Shown piece after piece: positions 59,715 to 64,000 of a stretch of DNA of 64,000 bases. The stretch is from an uncultured archaeon (lineage in GTDB: Archaea; Asgardarchaeota; Lokiarchaeia; Sigyniarchaeales; SOKP01). The notes under the pieces are model-generated. The model saw nothing but the letters and a program-made list of their open reading frames with translations. It ran no database searches and had not been told where the DNA came from. Position numbers and translations under genes: made by a program. Location: contig CAZGJX010000006.1 in assembly GCA_964525635.1 (NCBI GenBank), positions 1-64,000 of the forward strand. Reading direction: 5' to 3'. The number at the start of each line of letters is the position of its first letter. The first letter of the stretch is position 1.

Positions 59715-60653
59715 ATGAATAACTTAGAAAATGCTATAAAAGTTATTATTAGTGGATTGGATAATGCAGGGAAAACTTCTATTCTTACGGCATTGGATAA
59801 GAAATATGACTTTAGGGATGAAATCTTGGAGCTTAAACCTACAATAAAAGTAAAATATCAAAGAACTCGATTTTTAAATATGCCTGCAGTTTTTTGGGAT
59901 ATGGGTGGTCAAGAGAAATATCGTGACCTCTATTTATCTGATTCAGATATCTATTTTTCTGACACTAATCTCTTTGTTTATGTTATTGATATACAAGATC
60001 GAGAGAGATTTGAAGATTCACTTGGATATCTTGAATCTGTGATGCAATATTTCATAAAAAATGATATAGGTGTTCCCATTATTATTACATTTCATAAATA
60101 TGACCCTGAAGTCCGTTCATATGAAGAAATTAACGAAGATATCATTGTTTTAAAAGAAAGAATAAAAGAAACTTATCCATCATTTAATATCCTATTTCAA
60201 CAAACTTCTATCTATGATGTAATTTCTATAGTGCAATTGATATCTTATGGTCTTTCTGTATTTGATAACAAATTTTTCGAATTATCATTATTATTGGAGA
60301 AATCATTAAATGATTTTAAAAGCACATCTCTAATATTATTTGATCAGAATGGAATCATAATAAGTGAATTTTATAGCGACGAAATTGAACCTGGCATTTA
60401 TATATACCTTCTGGAGGCAATTAAAGAACACCTTTTCCTTTTAAAAAGAATGGAGGAAGAAGAATACAAAGATGAACACGATTTTCTTTCTATAGAAAAA
60501 GATTTGCTATCCTATTTACATGGTTTTGAAGTTAAAGGGACTTATTTTTTCATTTCCGTAGTACTCAAAGAGCAAAATAAAGAAGTTTTTATAGAAAAAT
60601 TTCCAGTATTTTTAGATCAATTATCAAACATTTTAAATTTGCTCTTAAATTAA
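59715..60653 (+). CDS. Rag/Gtr-like small GTPase with C-terminal roadblock/longin-like domain
   Basis: GLDNAGKT, PT, WDMGGQ, HKYD (HKxD G4); C-terminal LILFDQNGIIISE. Confidence 0.85.
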   Translation: MNNLENAIKVIISGLDNAGKTSILTALDKKYDFRDEILELKPTIKVKYQRTRFLNMPAVFWDMGGQEKYRDLYLSDSDIYFSDTNLFVYVIDIQDRERFEDSLGYLESVMQYFIKNDIGVPIIITFHKYDPEVRSYEEINEDIIVLKERIKETYPSFNILFQQTSIYDVISIVQLISYGLSVFDNKFFELSLLLEKSLNDFKSTSLILFDQNGIIISEFYSDEIEPGIYIYLLEAIKEHLFLLKRMEEEEYKDEHDFLSIEKDLLSYLHGFEVKGTYFFISVVLKEQNKEVFIEKFPVFLDQLSNILNLLLN

Positions 60654-60680
60654 AAGGAGAGAAATATAATTTTAATTAAA

Positions 60681-61817
60681 TCATTCTATTTTTAAAATTT
60701 CGCGAGCTTTATCAATTTGTTTTTCCTTTTTCTTTTGATGTTCTCTAATAAATGAGATAACTTTTTCAATACATTCTCTTTTATGTTCTCCACACATAAG
60801 CTCTCCCTTTATGCATTGTTCAAAATCTTCAGCAAGTTTTTTATCATCCCCTTCAAAATGATACATTAAAATTTTATATATCATACATTTTTGAGGTTCA
60901 CCTCCTAGCTCCTGCTGCTCTTTTTTATTTTTCCTACCTCCCGTGAGCCCTGCTTTTACTTTTTTAGTAATCGATTCAATTGGTTCATTGAAAGTAAAAT
61001 AACTGTTTGGATTTCTTTTAGCCATTTTTTCTGATCCATCTAATCCTGGTAATAATTTATGATAAGTTGCACCTGGTAAGAAAAACTCTTCTTGCATAAC
61101 TTTATCATCTGACTCTTTCTTTTTATAGTAACGACGGGTGAGATCTCTTGTTAGCCTCATATGAGGATCTTGGTCAATTCCAACAGGTACTATGACTGGT
61201 TGAGGTCCATCAAGGACTTGTGGTAGGGTAATATCACCAACTTGAATTAATGCTGCAAGATAAAGTCCGAAAGTTTTTTCTCCATATATAGCATTAAGCA
61301 TATTTTGAGTTACTAAACGGCTCACTTTAAAACAGACATCCTTAACAATTGGTTCTTTGGATTGCCGCCAAATATAAGCTTTTTTAGGATCTAATCCTAA
61401 TGCTAAAATATCAGCCAGGTTATCTACTGCGGTTTGCTCAGCTTCTTCATAAGTGATTCCATTATCTTCCCAAGATTCGATATCTGCAATACAATAATAT
61501 GCTTTTGCTCCCAATTTTTGAAATTCTACAATTTCTAAAGCAGTCGTCAATGTTCCTAAATGAAATGGCCCAGAAGGTTTAATACCAGACATAACGGCCC
61601 ATGGTTTATTATTTTCTATAGCTTTATAGATAAGTCCAAGTTCTCTATGTCCAAAAATAACCTTCCTACGTATAAATCGATGTTTTTTAAATCTCTCTAT
61701 TGTAATATCATCAACTTTTTCGATTCCAAATTCTTTTATTAACCTTAAATAATCTTCCTCTAATATATTTGAGGAACTCCATGGATCGATTTTGAAATCA
61801 TTATTATTATTTTCCAT
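60681..61817 (-). CDS. trpS: Tryptophan--tRNA ligase (archaeal type)
   Basis: IDPW, GIKPSGPFHLG, VPVGIDQDPH, KMAK, LTGGR, MCGEHK. Confidence 0.95.
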   Translation of the reverse strand: MENNNNDFKIDPWSSSNILEEDYLRLIKEFGIEKVDDITIERFKKHRFIRRKVIFGHRELGLIYKAIENNKPWAVMSGIKPSGPFHLGTLTTALEIVEFQKLGAKAYYCIADIESWEDNGITYEEAEQTAVDNLADILALGLDPKKAYIWRQSKEPIVKDVCFKVSRLVTQNMLNAIYGEKTFGLYLAALIQVGDITLPQVLDGPQPVIVPVGIDQDPHMRLTRDLTRRYYKKKESDDKVMQEEFFLPGATYHKLLPGLDGSEKMAKRNPNSYFTFNEPIESITKKVKAGLTGGRKNKKEQQELGGEPQKCMIYKILMYHFEGDDKKLAEDFEQCIKGELMCGEHKRECIEKVISFIREHQKKKEKQIDKAREILKIE

Positions 61818-61888
61818 CTTAAATCTTAATTGTAATATTATTTATACTAATTAAGAAAATATAAGAAAAATAATAAATTTTCATAATT

Positions 61889-62299
61889 ATGAAGCAATTT
61901 TCTTTAAAAGATATTGATAATTTCATTAAAGCACTAAATTTTTCAAAAGTAGAAGGAGGATTAATACCTGTAATAACCCAAGATTTTAAAACAAATGAAG
62001 TCCTTATTTTAGCTTTTGCTAATGAAGTTGCTGTGAGAAAAACGATGGAAACAGGATATGTACATTTTTATTCTCGTTCAAAAAATAAAATATGGAAAAA
62101 AGGAGAGACAAGTGGTCATGTGGAGGCGGTTATAGATATCATTACAGATTGTGATAAAGATAGTTTATTAATTAAGGTAAAACAAACTGGAGCAGCATGT
62201 CATAAGGGATATTATAGTTGTTTCTTTAATAAATATGAAGATGGCAACTTTCAAAATATTGGTAATAAAATATTTAATCCAGATGATGTATACAAATAA
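61889..62299 (+). CDS. hisI: Phosphoribosyl-AMP cyclohydrolase
   Basis: YSRS..IWKKGETSGH, DCDKD, ACHKGYYSCF. Confidence 0.96.
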   Translation: MKQFSLKDIDNFIKALNFSKVEGGLIPVITQDFKTNEVLILAFANEVAVRKTMETGYVHFYSRSKNKIWKKGETSGHVEAVIDIITDCDKDSLLIKVKQTGAACHKGYYSCFFNKYEDGNFQNIGNKIFNPDDVYK

Positions 62300-62368
62300 A
62301 CATAATTATTAAGGAGTAAAAAAAAAAATTAGAAAGTAAAAAATTTTACTTTAGTATTATTATCTTTT

Positions 62369-64000
62369 TTAGCTATTTTTATTCTGAATTTTTTCCTCAG
62401 AGATTCTTATTAATTCATTAAAATCTTTAAATGCAAATTTATTTATTATTTCTTGGTATCGAGAACTAAATTCCGTGATTTCCCGCATCATTGAAATAAT
62501 TTGCATTGGATCTTCAATACTAAGTAGTCTTTCACGAAATTCAAATAGCTTTTTATGAACTCCACGTATTACCTGTTCTTCCATGGAGACAGGGAAATAT
62601 TTTGTTACTATACCTTCAGCACTTTTAAATAGAGACTGTTCTCCTCTCCAACTTAATAAATATTTTCCATACTTATTTTCAAAAGATTCAGTAAACTTAG
62701 AAATCCTTTTATGTATAATCGGTAGGTCTTTGTCACATAATAACGCAACCATGATATAATCTCCTTGATTTAATATTAATTTTTTATCTTGTTGATCAAT
62801 CGTACGCAGAGCTTGTTTACTTCCAGTTGCTTCCTTTATGAATGATGATAAGGCAGATATCATACCAGAAATTAGTTCAGGTTTTTTCATTTCAATTCCA
62901 AATGAATAACTATACATTGAAACACCTTGTTTGGATAATACAAATAAATCATGGAGAGTTTTTTCCCAATTTCTTTGCCGAATATACTTTCTTGCTACAA
63001 GAGAAATAGGCATTACAGATGCGGCAATTCCAATTAAAAATGCTATTAACATATATGTTTCAGGAGCAATATATCCCTCAGGATGGCGAACCTCAACAAA
63101 CATAGTATAAAACGCAATTTCTTTACCATCTGTCCAAAAAATATCGATTTCATACATACCAACACTATAGCTATTTGGAAGCGAAATCTCTGAACTATTT
63201 AGTATTCCATTATAAGAGGTTATATTAACTCCTTGGTAAATAATAGTTCCTGATGGATTTCTAAAAGTGATATTACCGAGTCCTCCCGATATAGGATTAT
63301 TAAACGAATCCCGAATTTCAGCCTCCAGCTTAATTGTTTTTCCAAGTTGTAAATATCCTCTATCCTGAAAGTTTTCACCAACTTTAATTTTAGTGTTGAT
63401 GTGAGAGCAGTAGTTAGGTGATTGATAAATTGCCCTGCAATTACCAACTCCTAACGGTCTATACCAAAGGTCAAATAGACCATAATATGAGTGATTAAAG
63501 AGGCTAATAGGTCCAAAGAAGACCTCAAGTTCATTCCCAAATGTATCATAGAAATGTTTTAATTGCCAATCAGATTCATATAAAAACCAAAGTTCCCATC
63601 CATAGGCTCCAATATCATAATAGGGATAAGTGATATTCCATTCAATCATATTGTTAGTTACATTAAAATGACCTGAAGCTCTTATAAGATATACATCATA
63701 CTCGACAACTTCTATCATAAGAAAATCAACTGTTTCATTTGTAGTAATAGTTATATTAATTTCTTCCATTGGAGTACTCTCAAAATTATAGCTTAATATA
63801 GCTTCATATCCTAAAGAATCTTCTGAAATACTTTTCTGATATGTTGGTTTATAATCAATACCATTTATATTACACGTGAGATCTACCTCTTCGGGATTTA
63901 TAAGATTACGATAAGTAAAATTACATAGCATATCTCGTGTGTCATCATTAGCTATTGGTGTTAGACTTACTAAATCATATGTTTGAGTAAGTCCCATATT
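62369..64000 (-). CDS. Large single-pass membrane protein with cytoplasmic longin-like domain; 5'-truncated by window edge
   Basis: Beta-rich, NxS/T-rich ectodomain; TM YMLIAFLIGIAASVMPISLVA; then LFVLSKQGVSMYS...LISGMISALSSFIKE. Confidence 0.8.
   Translation of the reverse strand, partial: NMGLTQTYDLVSLTPIANDDTRDMLCNFTYRNLINPEEVDLTCNINGIDYKPTYQKSISEDSLGYEAILSYNFESTPMEEINITITTNETVDFLMIEVVEYDVYLIRASGHFNVTNNMIEWNITYPYYDIGAYGWELWFLYESDWQLKHFYDTFGNELEVFFGPISLFNHSYYGLFDLWYRPLGVGNCRAIYQSPNYCSHINTKIKVGENFQDRGYLQLGKTIKLEAEIRDSFNNPISGGLGNITFRNPSGTIIYQGVNITSYNGILNSSEISLPNSYSVGMYEIDIFWTDGKEIAFYTMFVEVRHPEGYIAPETYMLIAFLIGIAASVMPISLVARKYIRQRNWEKTLHDLFVLSKQGVSMYSYSFGIEMKKPELISGMISALSSFIKEATGSKQALRTIDQQDKKLILNQGDYIMVALLCDKDLPIIHKRISKFTESFENKYGKYLLSWRGEQSLFKSAEGIVTKYFPVSMEEQVIRGVHKKLFEFRERLLSIEDPMQIISMMREITEFSSRYQEIINKFAFKDFNELIRISEEKIQNKNS

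Noticed and set aside
33-63447. Numerous 60-120 aa antisense or overlapping ORFs in the track (e.g. 259-492, 9424-9783, 11463-11645, 17865-18233)
   Set aside because: They are shadows of well-supported genes on the opposite strand or in another frame.
1-64000. tRNA, rRNA, CRISPR array, transposase, selenoprotein, or additional BHB introns
   Set aside because: None recognised by eye. In-frame, stop-free BHB introns cannot be excluded without a computational scan.

Overview
This is a very AT-rich archaeal chromosome segment, most likely Asgard (Lokiarchaeia/Promethearchaeota-like). The assignment rests on the rpoD-rpl18e-rpl13-rps9 cluster, aEF-1beta, Lsm, RIO2 and Clp1, plus eukaryote-signature proteins (Rag-type GTPase, degenerate Rab-like GTPase, longin-tailed membrane protein, LRR protein). 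Most genes are housekeeping or metabolic: two tandem Mtd paralogs, an ABC exporter pair, mutL, mutS, aroA/aroC, glyA, trpS and hisI. The standout is iorB (7325-8014). It is interrupted by a 30-nt insert with two in-frame stops (7457-7486) that folds into a bulge-helix-bulge (BHB) motif. The canonical tRNA-splicing-endonuclease cut sites fall exactly on the insert ends and restore the conserved SExHGxAQR motif, so this is a candidate spliced mRNA intron in an Asgard protein-coding gene. Other leads are an unassigned ~390-nt structured RNA (58960-59345), three genes whose conserved N-termini lie upstream of any ATG/GTG/TTG, and a circularly permuted ATP-grasp gene coupled to an M14-like peptidase. 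No tRNA, rRNA, CRISPR array or transposase was recognised. All family calls come from reading motifs by eye; no database searches were run.
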